Assembly: GCA_027623315.1 (NCBI GenBank)
Contig: JAQBYD010000002.1
Span: forward strand, 52,140-116,139
Length of the DNA stretch: 64,000 nucleotides
Source: Verrucomicrobiota bacterium
GTDB lineage: Bacteria > Verrucomicrobiota > Kiritimatiellia > CAJWTS01
Reading direction: 5' to 3'
The position numbers were made by a program, and so were the translations under genes. Position 1 is the stretch's first letter, and each line of letters opens with the position of its first letter. Under the pieces are notes generated by a model. The model had not been told where the DNA came from. It worked only from the letters and a program-made list of their open reading frames with translations, and did not search any database. Shown one piece after another: positions 8,610 to 19,900 of this stretch.

Positions 8610-10106
8610 TCAGGGCGCGCTCTTGAGACCCAGTAGGCGGTTCACCGCGTCCGTATCGAGGAGGCCGTCGCCGTGCTTGTCCGCCGAGAGCGTCCCCGAA
8701 TCGGTCGTCAACGCTCCCAGCAGGGCGTCCAGGGCCTCCTCGCCGGTCGCCTCGGGGTGCTGGGTCAAGTAGCGGGCTAGAATGCCGGCCGTGTAGGCGC
8801 TGGCGATGGACGTACCCGCATACTGCCCCGGATCGCCCTCGTACCCGATCGGCATCTCGGCGGTGCCGGGCGCGGTCAGGGTGATGAAGGAGCCGTAGTT
8901 GGATTGTGCCCAGATGGAGCCGTCGGGGTTGCCCGCCGCGACAGCGATGACGCCGTCGAATCCAGCCGGATAGACCGGTTGGCCGATGGGATCGTTCCCA
9001 GCCGCGGCGACCATGATCACGTCTTCGGCTTTAGCATACGCGATGACGTCCTTGAGGAAATCGCTATCCGTGGTTGAGTACCAGCTCATGTTCAAGACGC
9101 GCGCACCGTTTTCTACCGCAATGCCGACGCTCCGGATCAATTCAAAATTGGAGGTGGTGCCGTCGTCGCCGAAGGCCCGGATGGCAACAATCGGAACGCC
9201 CTGCGCGCCGGATGCAGCGACACCCGTCGGCAGAACTACCCCCGCAGCGATCAACGCCATCTGCGTGCCGTGGCCGACCGGGTCGGTCATGTTGGTGGAC
9301 ATGCTCGTGACGTCGTATGCGGCCAGCACCAACGCGTCGAGTCCAGGCATGGACAGCAGGCCGGAATCCAGTACGGCGACGGGAATCGCACCGTTTGGTG
9401 GCGCTTCGGTTTCGGACGCTTCGCCGGCGACTGGAAGCAGTGAGGTCGCATCATAGGTCGATTCGGGAATCGGAATCGTGTAATTCGGCTCCGCCGCGGC
9501 GACTCTCGCGTCGCCGGCCAGCTTCTCGGCAAGTGCCGGAATGTCCTGATCCTCGGACAAGCGGATGCGGTAGATGCCCAGCGCCGGAATGCTCCCCACC
9601 ACCTGGCCGCCAACTTCGCGCAGGAGTCGCTGGGCGTCCTCCAGTGAGACGCCCGGCTTGAGCCTGAGCAGAATCTCGCGTTTCAGGTATCCCGCTGATG
9701 AATTTTCGCCGGCTTTAGGCGCGTCGCCACGGAGTTCGGCTCCAATGGCTTGTGTCTGGGTGCGGTGACCCGGACGATAGACGTGAATCTCGGAGAGACG
9801 CTGCAGATTGCCAAGCGGGCCTTCGATCTTCTCCCACCTTGCGGAGTAGTTCACATCGTCGAAGAGATGATCGAGCGCCTTCGCCAGGTCCTTGTCCTTA
9901 AAGGCCGCGGTGATCTTGACGTCGATCGCCGGGTCAAGGCGGGCATCGACTCCCATCGCGGCGAAAAGGGTCAGGATCTCGAGAACCGACGCATTTTTCG
10001 CATCCACCGACAAGCGATCGCCGCGGAGGTCGAACGCGATGGCAGCGCCCCCAGCGGGCGATGCCGCGAGCAGGAGCGTCAGGAGTAGACTCGAGAAGAT
10101 GCGCAT
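8610..10106 (-). CDS. Secreted S8 family (subtilisin-like) serine peptidase with an N-terminal accessory domain
   Basis: Signal peptide. Catalytic triad contexts VAVLDSG (Asp), HGTQMA (His) and GTSIASAY (Ser). Confidence 0.85.
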   Translation of the reverse strand: MRIFSSLLLTLLLAASPAGGAAIAFDLRGDRLSVDAKNASVLEILTLFAAMGVDARLDPAIDVKITAAFKDKDLAKALDHLFDDVNYSARWEKIEGPLGNLQRLSEIHVYRPGHRTQTQAIGAELRGDAPKAGENSSAGYLKREILLRLKPGVSLEDAQRLLREVGGQVVGSIPALGIYRIRLSEDQDIPALAEKLAGDARVAAAEPNYTIPIPESTYDATSLLPVAGEASETEAPPNGAIPVAVLDSGLLSMPGLDALVLAAYDVTSMSTNMTDPVGHGTQMALIAAGVVLPTGVAASGAQGVPIVAIRAFGDDGTTSNFELIRSVGIAVENGARVLNMSWYSTTDSDFLKDVIAYAKAEDVIMVAAAGNDPIGQPVYPAGFDGVIAVAAGNPDGSIWAQSNYGSFITLTAPGTAEMPIGYEGDPGQYAGTSIASAYTAGILARYLTQHPEATGEEALDALLGALTTDSGTLSADKHGDGLLDTDAVNRLLGLKSAP

Positions 10107-10147
10107 GACGGATACCCGGGTGCGGTGGAGACTATCCCCGTGACGCT

Positions 10148-10727
10148 TCAGGCCGGCAGTGGAACCAGGTCACGGCAGCGCACCGGGGCGCCGCTGCGGA
10201 TGGACTCGTTGGCAGAGATGCCGAGCAGGATCGATGCGGCTCCGTCGATGTGGCCGGCTGCGCGGTGGCGGGGATCCGGGGGAGGATTCCGGGCGAAGAC
10301 GTCCGCGAGCAGGATCGGATCTCCTCCACCATGACCACCCTCTGCTTTCGGAATCTCCACGTCATAGGGGGTCTTGAACATGGGGAAGACGGTGATCGCG
10401 TGACCCGCGCCGACCGCCTGCGCCGCCGCAAGCTCTTCATCGCCCTGACCTGCGATAATGTGTGAACCATGTTTCTCGTAGATCTCGAGCCGGCCCTTGT
10501 CTCCGGTGATCCAGGCGTGGAACCCCTCCCACGGAGCGTAGGCGACCAGCGACCGGGTCATGCCCGTGTTTCTTCTTCAGGTGATCGTTGTAGAAAGCCA
10601 TGCGGATCTCGTTGGGATCGCACAGACCGACGAGTTCGCAATCCTGGGCATGCGGACCGACGATGGCATCTATAAAACTGACGGCGCGTCCTCCGGTACC
10701 GACAACGACATATCGTTTTTTGCCCAT
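10148..10727 (-). pseudogene. Remnant of a Gfo/Idh/MocA-family oxidoreductase: N-terminal Rossmann start fused out of frame to the C-terminal tail, with internal deletion
   Basis: ORF 10437..10727 begins MGKKRYVVVGTGGRAVSFIDAIVGPHAQDCELVGLCDPN (typical Gfo/Idh/MocA N-terminus with GxGxxG) but leaves the family-like sequence after about 55 aa. The overlapping ORF 10148..10561 in another frame reads like the C-terminus of this family (...FKTPYDVEIPKAEGGHGGGDPILLADVF...). Together they are about 190 aa against an expected 350-450 aa. Confidence 0.45.
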
Positions 10728-10869
10728 CAGTAGTATCCTCCAAATCGGGGCACTATGCGTATCCTGCAGTCAAGAGGCAATAAGGGATTCAGCTATCCGT
10801 AACCTCCCGATTCTGACCGCGTCATTCGTGCGCAGCAAATCTTCGTGCGCCGCTTCAGACTTCGTCCCG

Positions 10870-11424
10870 CTAGATCTTCACGAGTTGGTCACCGACACGT
10901 ACCGTGCCGGGCTGGACGATCCGGACATAGATGCCGCGCAGATGCAGACGCTTTCCCTGGTCGGAATTCACGAACTGTACGGCCTCACGACCATAGCGCG
11001 CTGTGAACTTGCGGCAGCCGTTGTGGGGTTGATCGGTGACCTGCACGATGACATCTCCGATCGAAAGGCGCTGACCGACGGAAAGGTTCTCCGAACTCAG
11101 GTTGAGATCCACGTACAGGTTATCGCCGGCAAGCGACCAGCGCTCACGTCCCTGCGCAATCAGATCGATCAGGCGGCTATTGATCACGGCCACCTGGACA
11201 TCTGGGTGTGAACGCCCGTCGTCGAGGTGAAGGTGGCAGTCGGCGGTCCAGCGATCCCCGTGGACTCCTTCCGCCGCGCTCAATTCACACTCCTCCAATT
11301 CGACACGCGCGTCCACGGCGGGCCGAATCGCAATCATTTCGAGGGCTCCGTCGTCGGAGGGGCTCTCGAGGATACGCGCAAGTCCCGCCTTGAGCTGCTC
11401 AAGTGTCAAATGCTCATTCATCAC
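10870..11424 (-). CDS. MOSC domain-containing protein (YiiM-like)
   Basis: 184 aa, beta-barrel MOSC-like sequence (…GDNLYVDLNLSSENLSVGQRLSIGDVIVQVTDQPHNGCRKF…GIYVRIVQPGTVRVGD). Confidence 0.65.
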   Translation of the reverse strand: MMNEHLTLEQLKAGLARILESPSDDGALEMIAIRPAVDARVELEECELSAAEGVHGDRWTADCHLHLDDGRSHPDVQVAVINSRLIDLIAQGRERWSLAGDNLYVDLNLSSENLSVGQRLSIGDVIVQVTDQPHNGCRKFTARYGREAVQFVNSDQGKRLHLRGIYVRIVQPGTVRVGDQLVKI

Positions 11425-11494
11425 GTTAGACCTCCCTCGGTAAATTCATCCTAATGGTGATCTTGCACGAACGTCCTGTCAGGGGCCGCGAGTT

Positions 11495-12883
11495 CTACGT
11501 TGATCCTTTCTTCGCGATCATCGCACGGGCCATGGCGATGCCCTGCTCGACCGTGGTGATCTTGCCCTCCAGTTGGGCTTCGAAGCACGCATCGAGAAGC
11601 GGCGCGAAGTGCGGACCCGGATCCAAGCCGAGTTCGATCAGGTGACGGCCCAGCACGATCGGTCGCGGCGCGGAGGTCTCGACCTCCAGGGCACGCGCGC
11701 GCTCGAGCAGCCAGTCTCCCGCCGGAAATCCATCGAATACCTTGGGGGGACGCCCCTGGGTATCGGCGCGCGCGACACGTACCAGCCGATCAAGCCGTCC
11801 CACCTTACCGGCAAGGCGACGAATGGCCGTGTCGCCTGCCCCCTGCTCGTACAAGTCCCGCGGCCGATGATGCGCCAGTACGAGTACCACGACGTCTTCG
11901 ACCAGATCTCTCTGCCTGGTCAAGCGATCGAGGAAGGTGCGCGTTGGGCCCTCACCGACCATGTCATGCCGCCGCGAGCGGATACGCCCGTCCTCGAAGT
12001 GAGTGGTGGCCGGTTTGCCGAGGTCGTGGCACATCGCGGCGAGTCCGACCACTAGATCCTCCCACTCATCGTTCAGGCGTTCCGAGGCGAATGCGTCCAT
12101 GACGTGACCGGTGTGAGTCCATACGTCCCCCTCGGGGTGCCACTCCGCTTCTTGCGGCGTATCGATCAGGGCCTCCAACTCGGGAAAGTAGCGAATCCAT
12201 CCGCACGCGCGAAGGAACTGGAGTCCCAGGGACGGTTTCGCCGAAACGCAGATCAGCTTTTTCCATTCCTCGTAGACGCGCTCCATGGGGAGCCCCTCAA
12301 ACTCAATCGTGCGGCAAAGCTCGATGGTCTCGGCGGCCACGCTGAACCCGAAGCGCGCGGTGAATTGCATGGCACGCAGGACGCGCAGGGGATCTTCACA
12401 GAATTGGTCCGAGACGTGTCTCAGGATTTTCTGCTCGAGATCAGCCATGCCGCCGCAGGGGTCGATCAACTCGTCCTCGAGGGAATCGTATGAGATCGCG
12501 TTGACAGTGAAATCGCGCCGCGCCGCGGCTTCTTCAAGGCTGAGGTCCGGATCGGAGCGCACGTTGAAGCCCTTATGTCCAAAGCCCACCTTGGACTCTT
12601 TGCGTGCGACCGCGACATCGATGGGAAGGTGGTGCAATTTGAGCACTCCGAAGGCCTTGCCCACGATTTCGACCCGGTAGCGCTCGAGCAGGATCTGCTG
12701 CAGGCGGTCGGGTGCGATGCCGAAGACTTCGATGTCAATGTCATTGGCCGGGAGGCCGAGCGCCATATCGCGCACGCAGCCGCCCACGAGCAGGGCCCGG
12801 CCACCGGCGTCTCGGATCGAGCGGCATATCCACTCCTGGGCCTCGCGCACCCGGGAATCTGGAATCATGAGCTGCATGCGCAC
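11495..12883 (-). CDS. cca: Multifunctional CCA-adding tRNA nucleotidyltransferase with HD domain
   Basis: Pol-beta nucleotidyltransferase head (LLVGGCVRDMALGLPANDIDIEVFG, RRDFTVNAI) plus HD domain (MCHDLGKP...HH). Confidence 0.85.
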   Translation of the reverse strand: MRMQLMIPDSRVREAQEWICRSIRDAGGRALLVGGCVRDMALGLPANDIDIEVFGIAPDRLQQILLERYRVEIVGKAFGVLKLHHLPIDVAVARKESKVGFGHKGFNVRSDPDLSLEEAAARRDFTVNAISYDSLEDELIDPCGGMADLEQKILRHVSDQFCEDPLRVLRAMQFTARFGFSVAAETIELCRTIEFEGLPMERVYEEWKKLICVSAKPSLGLQFLRACGWIRYFPELEALIDTPQEAEWHPEGDVWTHTGHVMDAFASERLNDEWEDLVVGLAAMCHDLGKPATTHFEDGRIRSRRHDMVGEGPTRTFLDRLTRQRDLVEDVVVLVLAHHRPRDLYEQGAGDTAIRRLAGKVGRLDRLVRVARADTQGRPPKVFDGFPAGDWLLERARALEVETSAPRPIVLGRHLIELGLDPGPHFAPLLDACFEAQLEGKITTVEQGIAMARAMIAKKGST

Positions 12884-13011
12884 GAGTCTTACGCGTTGAG
12901 GTCCCGGTGTCGAGTCTGAGTCGCGCTTGACAGGCGCGCGGGATCGACGGATTCTCTATCTCATCGTTATTGGGCGTGGCTGTAGCACTGCAAATGCATA
13001 GGAGGCTTGGG

Positions 13012-14103
13012 ATGAGCTGTACGATAGATCCGATTTCGTTCCGGGGGCGGCCGGCGATCGCAATCACGAATGGCGTCGTGGAACTCGTCGTCTTGACCGG
13101 GGGCGGGCACCTCGCAGCGTTCAAGATGGTCGAGCAGGGGATCAACGTCCTCTGGGAACCACACTGGTCAACCATCGAACCGAGCATGCGCAATCTCGGC
13201 ATCCCGGGCGAGTTCGACGACTCGCTCGAGAGCAAACTCCTCTCGAGCCTTCTGGGGCACAACCTGTGCCTCGACGTGTTCGGTGAGCAGAGCCAGGGCG
13301 AGTCCGATGCCGGCCTGACCTTTCACGGTGAAGCTGGAATGGTCACCTGGGAAGTGGATTCGGCCGAGGTCTCCTCGTCGAGCGCAACGCTGACCCTCAC
13401 GGCGTTCCTTCGACAGAGCGCCCTTGAAGTCTCCAGGATGATCACCTTGAAGGCCGGTGAAGCCTCGCTGCGTGTACGGGAATCGGTTCGCAACCTCGTA
13501 GGGTTTGAAAGAGTCTACGGCTGCGCCGAGCACGCCACGCTTGGGGAGTCTTTCCTGAAGGATAGTCCGGCGCTGTTCGCGTGCAATGCCGACAAGGGAA
13601 TCACCTGGCCGACCGGCGCTGAGCTGTCAACGCTGTCCGCTAACACCGAGTTCGACTATCCCGATCTTCCGCTCGCGGCCGGCGGCACGACCGACTGGCG
13701 CTCCTACCCGCGCGCCTACGAGGAGGGGAACCTGTTCACCATGCGCATCCGCCCCGGCGATTCCTCCGGCTGGTTCACCGCTGTCCAGAATAGGCTCAAG
13801 CTCGGCGTCTACTACGTGTGGGAGCGCGAAGCCTTTCCCTGGTTGATGACCTGGGAGGAGGCCTACAATCGGAAAGCCCTGCCATGGGGCCAGGGCGAGT
13901 TGACGCGCGGCATGGAGTTCTCATCCTACCCCTTCGCGCTCAGCCGGCGCGACAATGTCGCCATCGGAGAACTGCTCGGCGTCCCGGCTTTCCAGTGGCT
14001 GGATGCGCACGAGACGCGCAGCACCGAATTCACGATGGGCCTATTCCCCACGGATGACGACGTCACCGAGGCTCCACCGGCGTCAGAATTCTGCGCGCTG
14101 TAA
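13012..14103 (+). CDS. Hypothetical protein, possibly aldose-epimerase-like beta-sandwich (DUF4432-like)
   Basis: Start moved to the Met at 13012, preceded by the SD-like AGGAGG at about 13000-13005. No catalytic motifs recognised. The last codons and stop lie in an intergenic repeat. Confidence 0.4.
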   Translation: MSCTIDPISFRGRPAIAITNGVVELVVLTGGGHLAAFKMVEQGINVLWEPHWSTIEPSMRNLGIPGEFDDSLESKLLSSLLGHNLCLDVFGEQSQGESDAGLTFHGEAGMVTWEVDSAEVSSSSATLTLTAFLRQSALEVSRMITLKAGEASLRVRESVRNLVGFERVYGCAEHATLGESFLKDSPALFACNADKGITWPTGAELSTLSANTEFDYPDLPLAAGGTTDWRSYPRAYEEGNLFTMRIRPGDSSGWFTAVQNRLKLGVYYVWEREAFPWLMTWEEAYNRKALPWGQGELTRGMEFSSYPFALSRRDNVAIGELLGVPAFQWLDAHETRSTEFTMGLFPTDDDVTEAPPASEFCAL

Positions 14104-14160
14104 ATTCGTGGGCACCAACTCTTCGTCCAGCGGTTCAACTTTCTTCCCACTACATTCGAG

Positions 14161-14190
<30 letters not shown>
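14103..14190. repeat. Short intergenic repeat, family A copy 1 (contains the CGTGATTCGTGG core)
   Basis: aattcgtgggcaccaactcttcgtccagcggttcaactttcttcccactacattcgagtcagtcgtgcgattcgtggtttcccc. About 93% identical to 23014-23108. Spans the stop of ORF 13012..14103 and the last codons plus stop of metXW. Confidence 0.8.
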
Positions 14191-15942
<1,752 letters not shown>

Positions 15943-16033
15943 GCTACGTCACTCCAAATTCAGTCAAAATTCGTTATCGGGGGAGTGTATCGCGACGCGA
16001 TACGGAATCCAGCATGGAGTTAGCCGCTGAATA

Positions 16034-16106
16034 CAGACAGAGATAGAACCGCGGTCTCTCCTCTCCGGATATTCGTGCAGATTCGCGTGATTCGTGGGCC
16101 CAAAAT
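16034..16106. repeat. Short intergenic repeat, family B, 'empty-site' copy
   Basis: The reverse complement reads ttttgggcccacgaatcacgcgaatctgcacgaatatccggagaggagagaccgcgg|ttctatctctgtctg. It matches the flanks of the 31 kb and 40 kb copies but has no internal insert at CCGCGG|TTC. Lies between the cysM stop and metXW start. Confidence 0.7.
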
Positions 16107-16122
16107 TTGGGGAAGATCCAGG

Positions 16123-17076
16123 CTAGAACAACGACTCAAACGGCATCATCGACAGGTAGCGCTCGCCGGAATCGGGCAGAATCACCACGATGGTCTTGCC
16201 TTGGAACTCGGCCTCCTTCGCCAGGCGCGCGGCGACAGCGACGGCCGCGCCACACGAGATGCCCGACAGGATGCCTTCCTCGCGAGACAGGCGCTCGGCA
16301 TACTCGAAGGCTTCTTCGTTCGAGATCTTCTCGACGCGGTCAACCATGCCCAGGTCCAGGGTGCCGGGAATAAAGCCCGCCCCAATGCCCTGAATCGAAT
16401 GCGACTGCGGCTCCAACGGCTTGCCCGCGAGGGTCTGCGAAATGACGGGCGAGTTCTCCGGTTCCACCGCGACCGATATCAGCGGATGATTCTGGATCTC
16501 CTTGATATAGCGCGAGACGCCGCTGATCGTTCCCCCGGTCCCAACACCCGAGACGAGTGCGTCGATCTTTCCATCCGCGTCCTTCCAGATCTCGGGACCG
16601 GTCGTCTTAACGTGGATCGCGGGATTCGCCGGATTCTCAAACTGGTGCGGCATGAAGTAGCGGCCCGGGTTTTCTTCCACGAGTTCCAGCGCCTTGTCGA
16701 TCGCGCCGGTCATGCCCAGTGAGCCCTCGGTAAGAATGATCTCCGCACCCAGCGCTTCCAGAATCTTGCGGCGCTCGATAGACATGGTATGCGGCATCGT
16801 AATCGCGACCTTGTAACCGCGCGCCGCGCCCACAAACGCCAGCGCAATGCCGGTGTTTCCGCTTGTCGGCTCAATGATCTCCATGCCGGGCTTGAGCTTC
16901 CCGCTCTCTTCGCCGTCCCATACCATGGCGGCCCCGATGCGGCACTTGACTGAGTAGGCCGGATTGCGCCCTTCAATCTTGGCCAGCACAAGCGCATCGC
17001 TCTGGCCAATGATCTTGTTGAGTTTCACCAACGGCGTGTTGCCGATGGAAAGGGAGTTGTCTTCGAAATATGCCAT
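16123..17076 (-). CDS. cysM: Cysteine synthase (CysK/CysM family, PLP-dependent)
   Basis: Lys-PLP motif SVKCRIG and glycine-rich loop GTGGTISG. Sits beside sulfur-carrier genes as in the M. tuberculosis cysM-cysO-mec arrangement. Confidence 0.85.
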   Translation of the reverse strand: MAYFEDNSLSIGNTPLVKLNKIIGQSDALVLAKIEGRNPAYSVKCRIGAAMVWDGEESGKLKPGMEIIEPTSGNTGIALAFVGAARGYKVAITMPHTMSIERRKILEALGAEIILTEGSLGMTGAIDKALELVEENPGRYFMPHQFENPANPAIHVKTTGPEIWKDADGKIDALVSGVGTGGTISGVSRYIKEIQNHPLISVAVEPENSPVISQTLAGKPLEPQSHSIQGIGAGFIPGTLDLGMVDRVEKISNEEAFEYAERLSREEGILSGISCGAAVAVAARLAKEAEFQGKTIVVILPDSGERYLSMMPFESLF

Positions 17077-17176
17077 TGCTCGTTACCTTTCAAGAGCTCC
17101 GCGCAGGTCGGCGCTCAATTTACCACGTTTTTTGGACCACGAAGTTTCACGAATGGGTTCTGTGTCATTTGCAGGC

Positions 17177-17605
17177 TCAGTCTTCGATGACGATCTGAAT
17201 CTGGCGCGGGATACCATCCTCCACATCATAGCCGCACAGGGACTCGTCATCCGCGACAGCGAGCGACGTGATCATGTAGGCCACGTCCGGCGTGTAGGCC
17301 AGCCGCAGATCCTCCTCGGACATGCGCGCCGCTGTCGCCGGATGACTGTGCCACACCGCCAGCATGTGCAGGCGATCCGTACGCATCGCCTTGATCGCGG
17401 CAAACTGCTCCGCGGGCACCATCGTGAAATGATCCGCCGAGGCGTCGGCATTGGTCATCGGGAAGACCCGCTCAATGCGATTGCCTGTCCCGGCCAGCAG
17501 GGCGCAGACCTCAAGGGGGGCACCGGCTTCGGCCACCCCCTTCAACTCCTCAACCATGGCCCGCGGAATATGAAGGACTCTGCTCATCGCGCCGAGAGGT
17601 CGCAA
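17177..17605 (-). CDS. JAMM/MPN+ metalloprotease (Mec+/HcyD/QbsD-like)
   Basis: JAMM motif in AVWHSHPATAARMSEED (H-x-H-x7-S-x2-D) plus upstream Glu. Overlaps the E1 gene 3' end. Confidence 0.75.
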   Translation of the reverse strand: MRPLGAMSRVLHIPRAMVEELKGVAEAGAPLEVCALLAGTGNRIERVFPMTNADASADHFTMVPAEQFAAIKAMRTDRLHMLAVWHSHPATAARMSEEDLRLAYTPDVAYMITSLAVADDESLCGYDVEDGIPRQIQIVIED

Positions 17606-18393
17606 ACGGCCTCTACCTCGTCATGCAGTTCGGTAATCGTGGGATCGCTGCCGCACAGGGGGCAACGCTCCTGACGCTTCACCTTGATCTCGCGGAACGT
17701 CATGTTCAATGCGGTGTAGGTCAGCAGGCGATTGGTCAGCAGGCCTCCAGTGCCGAGGATGTACTTGATCGCCTCCGTGGCCTGGATGGTGCCCACGACC
17801 CCGGCGAGCACGCCCAGGACGCCGGCTTGCGAGCAGGAGGGGACCGAATTCGTAGGCGGCGGCTTCACAAATACGCACCGATAGCACGCGCTCTCGTTCG
17901 GAACGACGGTCATGGTCTGGCCATCGAATCGGAGAATGCCGGCGTGCGAATAAGCCTTACCCGCGAGATGGCAGGCGTCGGCGACGAGAAATTTTGTCGG
18001 GAAGTTGTCCGCGCCGTCGATCACGAAGTCGTAATCAGCGATCAGGTCAAGCGCATTGTCGGCCATCATGCGCGTATGGTAGGTCCGCACGTTCACGTCA
18101 GGATTGATGTCGCGCATTGCATTCGCTGCCGATTCGACCTTGGGCTTGCCCAGGTCTTCGGTGGTGTGCGCGATCTGCCGTTGCAGGTTGCTCAGATCCA
18201 CGACGTCGCCGTCGATCACGCCGATCGTGCCGACGCCCGCCGCCGCCAGGTAGAGCCCGGCTGGCGAGCCCAATCCGCCGGCGCCAACCAGAAGCACTTT
18301 GCCGCCCAGTAGCTTTTCCTGACCCTCGCCACCCACCTCGGAGAGGATGATGTGGCGCGAGTAGCGTTCAATTTGATCTTCTGTCAGGGCCAT
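17584..18393 (-). CDS. MoeB/ThiF-family E1-like sulfur-carrier adenylyltransferase (MoeZ-like, no rhodanese domain)
   Basis: RYSRHIIL...VLLVGAGGLGSPAGLYLAAAGVGTIGVIDGDVVDLSNLQRQ nucleotide-binding motif and C-terminal CxxC...CxxC zinc site (CYRCVF...CPLCGS). Confidence 0.85.
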   Translation of the reverse strand: MALTEDQIERYSRHIILSEVGGEGQEKLLGGKVLLVGAGGLGSPAGLYLAAAGVGTIGVIDGDVVDLSNLQRQIAHTTEDLGKPKVESAANAMRDINPDVNVRTYHTRMMADNALDLIADYDFVIDGADNFPTKFLVADACHLAGKAYSHAGILRFDGQTMTVVPNESACYRCVFVKPPPTNSVPSCSQAGVLGVLAGVVGTIQATEAIKYILGTGGLLTNRLLTYTALNMTFREIKVKRQERCPLCGSDPTITELHDEVEAVCDLSAR

Positions 18394-18400
18394 GAGCTCC

Positions 18401-18607
18401 TCAGGCGCCGCCGCCCATGAAGTAGAGTAGTTCTAACGTGTCACCGTCATTCAGCGTGGTGTTGTCGAATTTATCGCGATCAAGAATCTCGCCGTTAAGC
18501 TCGACGGACACCATGTCCGGCATCTTGACCTCCTGAACCTTCAGGAGTTCGGTGACGTTGATGCCGTCGCCCACATCGACGGATTCGCCATTTACGGTCA
18601 ACTTCAT
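18401..18607 (-). CDS. ThiS/MoaD-family sulfur-carrier protein (CysO/HcyS-like) with C-terminal ...GGGA, a Gly-Gly plus one-residue extension
   Basis: 68 aa beta-grasp-like sequence ending FMGGGA, located between the E1 and metY genes. Confidence 0.7.
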   Translation of the reverse strand: MKLTVNGESVDVGDGINVTELLKVQEVKMPDMVSVELNGEILDRDKFDNTTLNDGDTLELLYFMGGGA

Positions 18608-18623
18608 TTCGATCGTTCCTTTC

Positions 18624-19874
18624 TTACATCTTGTTCAAGCTGTCGTCAAAGTCCGCCTTGATATCGTCAATGTGCTCAATGCCCACCGATACCCTGACCA
18701 GGTCCGGCGTGACTCCCATCTGGATCTGCTGCTCCTTCGTGGCCTCGCGGCAGATCGTAGACGCCGGATGTATGACGAGCGTCTTTACGTCGCCGAGGTT
18801 GGCCAGAATCTGCGCGCGCTTCAATCCATTCAGAAAGGTGAAAGACCGTTCGCGCGTCCCAAGGCGTAGCGTGAGCAGGGCCCCGTAGCGGCCACCAAAC
18901 TGGCGCGTGGCCACGCCGTAATCCGGATGAGACTCCAGTCCGATGTAGCGCGTCTCTTCGACACGTGAGTCGGCACTGAGCCATTCGGCCATCGCCTGGG
19001 CATTTTCGCAGTGCTGCTGCATGCGGACACCGAGCGTTTCCACACCCGTCGTCATCAAGAATGCGTTGAAGGGGGAGAGGCAGGCCCCGAGGTCGCGGTG
19101 GATCTGCGAGCGCATGGCCGCCATGAACGCGAATTTACCGGCACGCTTTTGATAGTCGTGAATTCGCTCGGCACGCGCATGACTCCAATCGTACGACCCC
19201 GCGTCCACGATGATGCCGCCGATCGCATTGGCGCTCCCGTTGATAAACTTGGAGGTGGAATGCACCACGATATCCGCGCCAAGCGTGGCCGGCCGGAACA
19301 AGTAGGGCGTGGAGGTCGTATTGTCGACCACGAGGAGGACGCCGTGCTCCCTGGCAACCTTGGCAATATCGGCGATCGCGGGGACGTCCAGGCGCGGATT
19401 GCCGATCGTCTCGACGAAGATCAGGCGCGTCTTGTCCGTGATGGCCTGCCGGTACGCCTCGGGGTCGGTGGCCTCGACAAACTTCGTGGTGATGCCGTAG
19501 CGGGGCAGGGTGCGGTCGAAGAGTGAATAGGTGCCGCCGAAGATGCTGGCACCCGAAATGATTTCGTCGCCCGCTCCAGCCAGCGTCATCACGGTGGTCG
19601 AGATGGCGGCCATGCCGGATGCGCAGACGAGCGATGCCAGCCCGTTCTCAAGCTGGGTCATGCGCGCCTCGAACGCCGTGAGCGTCGGGTTGCTCAGCCG
19701 GCTGTAGACGTAACCGAACTCGCGACCCGCGAAGACGTTTTCGATCGACTCCGCCGATTCATAGGCAAACGCCGTACTGGCGAAGATCGGCGCCTGTGTG
19801 GCACCCGTGGTCTTCTCCGGTTCGTATCCCCCATGAATAAACTGGGTTTCGATATGGAGTTCTTTGTCGCTCAT
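18624..19874 (-). CDS. metY: O-acetylhomoserine sulfhydrylase / aminocarboxypropyltransferase (MetY, PLP-dependent)
   Basis: Cys/Met-metabolism PLP family (…FIHGGYEPEKTTGA…, STSKFINGSANAIGG with PLP lysine). Start set at MSDKELHIETQ; the longer ORF reaches 19949 and would overlap cysNC. Confidence 0.85.
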   Translation of the reverse strand: MSDKELHIETQFIHGGYEPEKTTGATQAPIFASTAFAYESAESIENVFAGREFGYVYSRLSNPTLTAFEARMTQLENGLASLVCASGMAAISTTVMTLAGAGDEIISGASIFGGTYSLFDRTLPRYGITTKFVEATDPEAYRQAITDKTRLIFVETIGNPRLDVPAIADIAKVAREHGVLLVVDNTTSTPYLFRPATLGADIVVHSTSKFINGSANAIGGIIVDAGSYDWSHARAERIHDYQKRAGKFAFMAAMRSQIHRDLGACLSPFNAFLMTTGVETLGVRMQQHCENAQAMAEWLSADSRVEETRYIGLESHPDYGVATRQFGGRYGALLTLRLGTRERSFTFLNGLKRAQILANLGDVKTLVIHPASTICREATKEQQIQMGVTPDLVRVSVGIEHIDDIKADFDDSLNKM

Positions 19875-19900
19875 GATCTCTTCACTCAAGCCGGCTATAA

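Noticed and set aside
17177-18607. Ubiquitin-like conjugation or defence system (E1, JAMM, beta-grasp protein)
   Set aside because: The trio is embedded between cysteine synthase and O-acetylhomoserine sulfhydrylase within a sulfate-assimilation operon. No E2-like protein, nuclease or other effector is present. A biosynthetic sulfur-carrier role is far more parsimonious.
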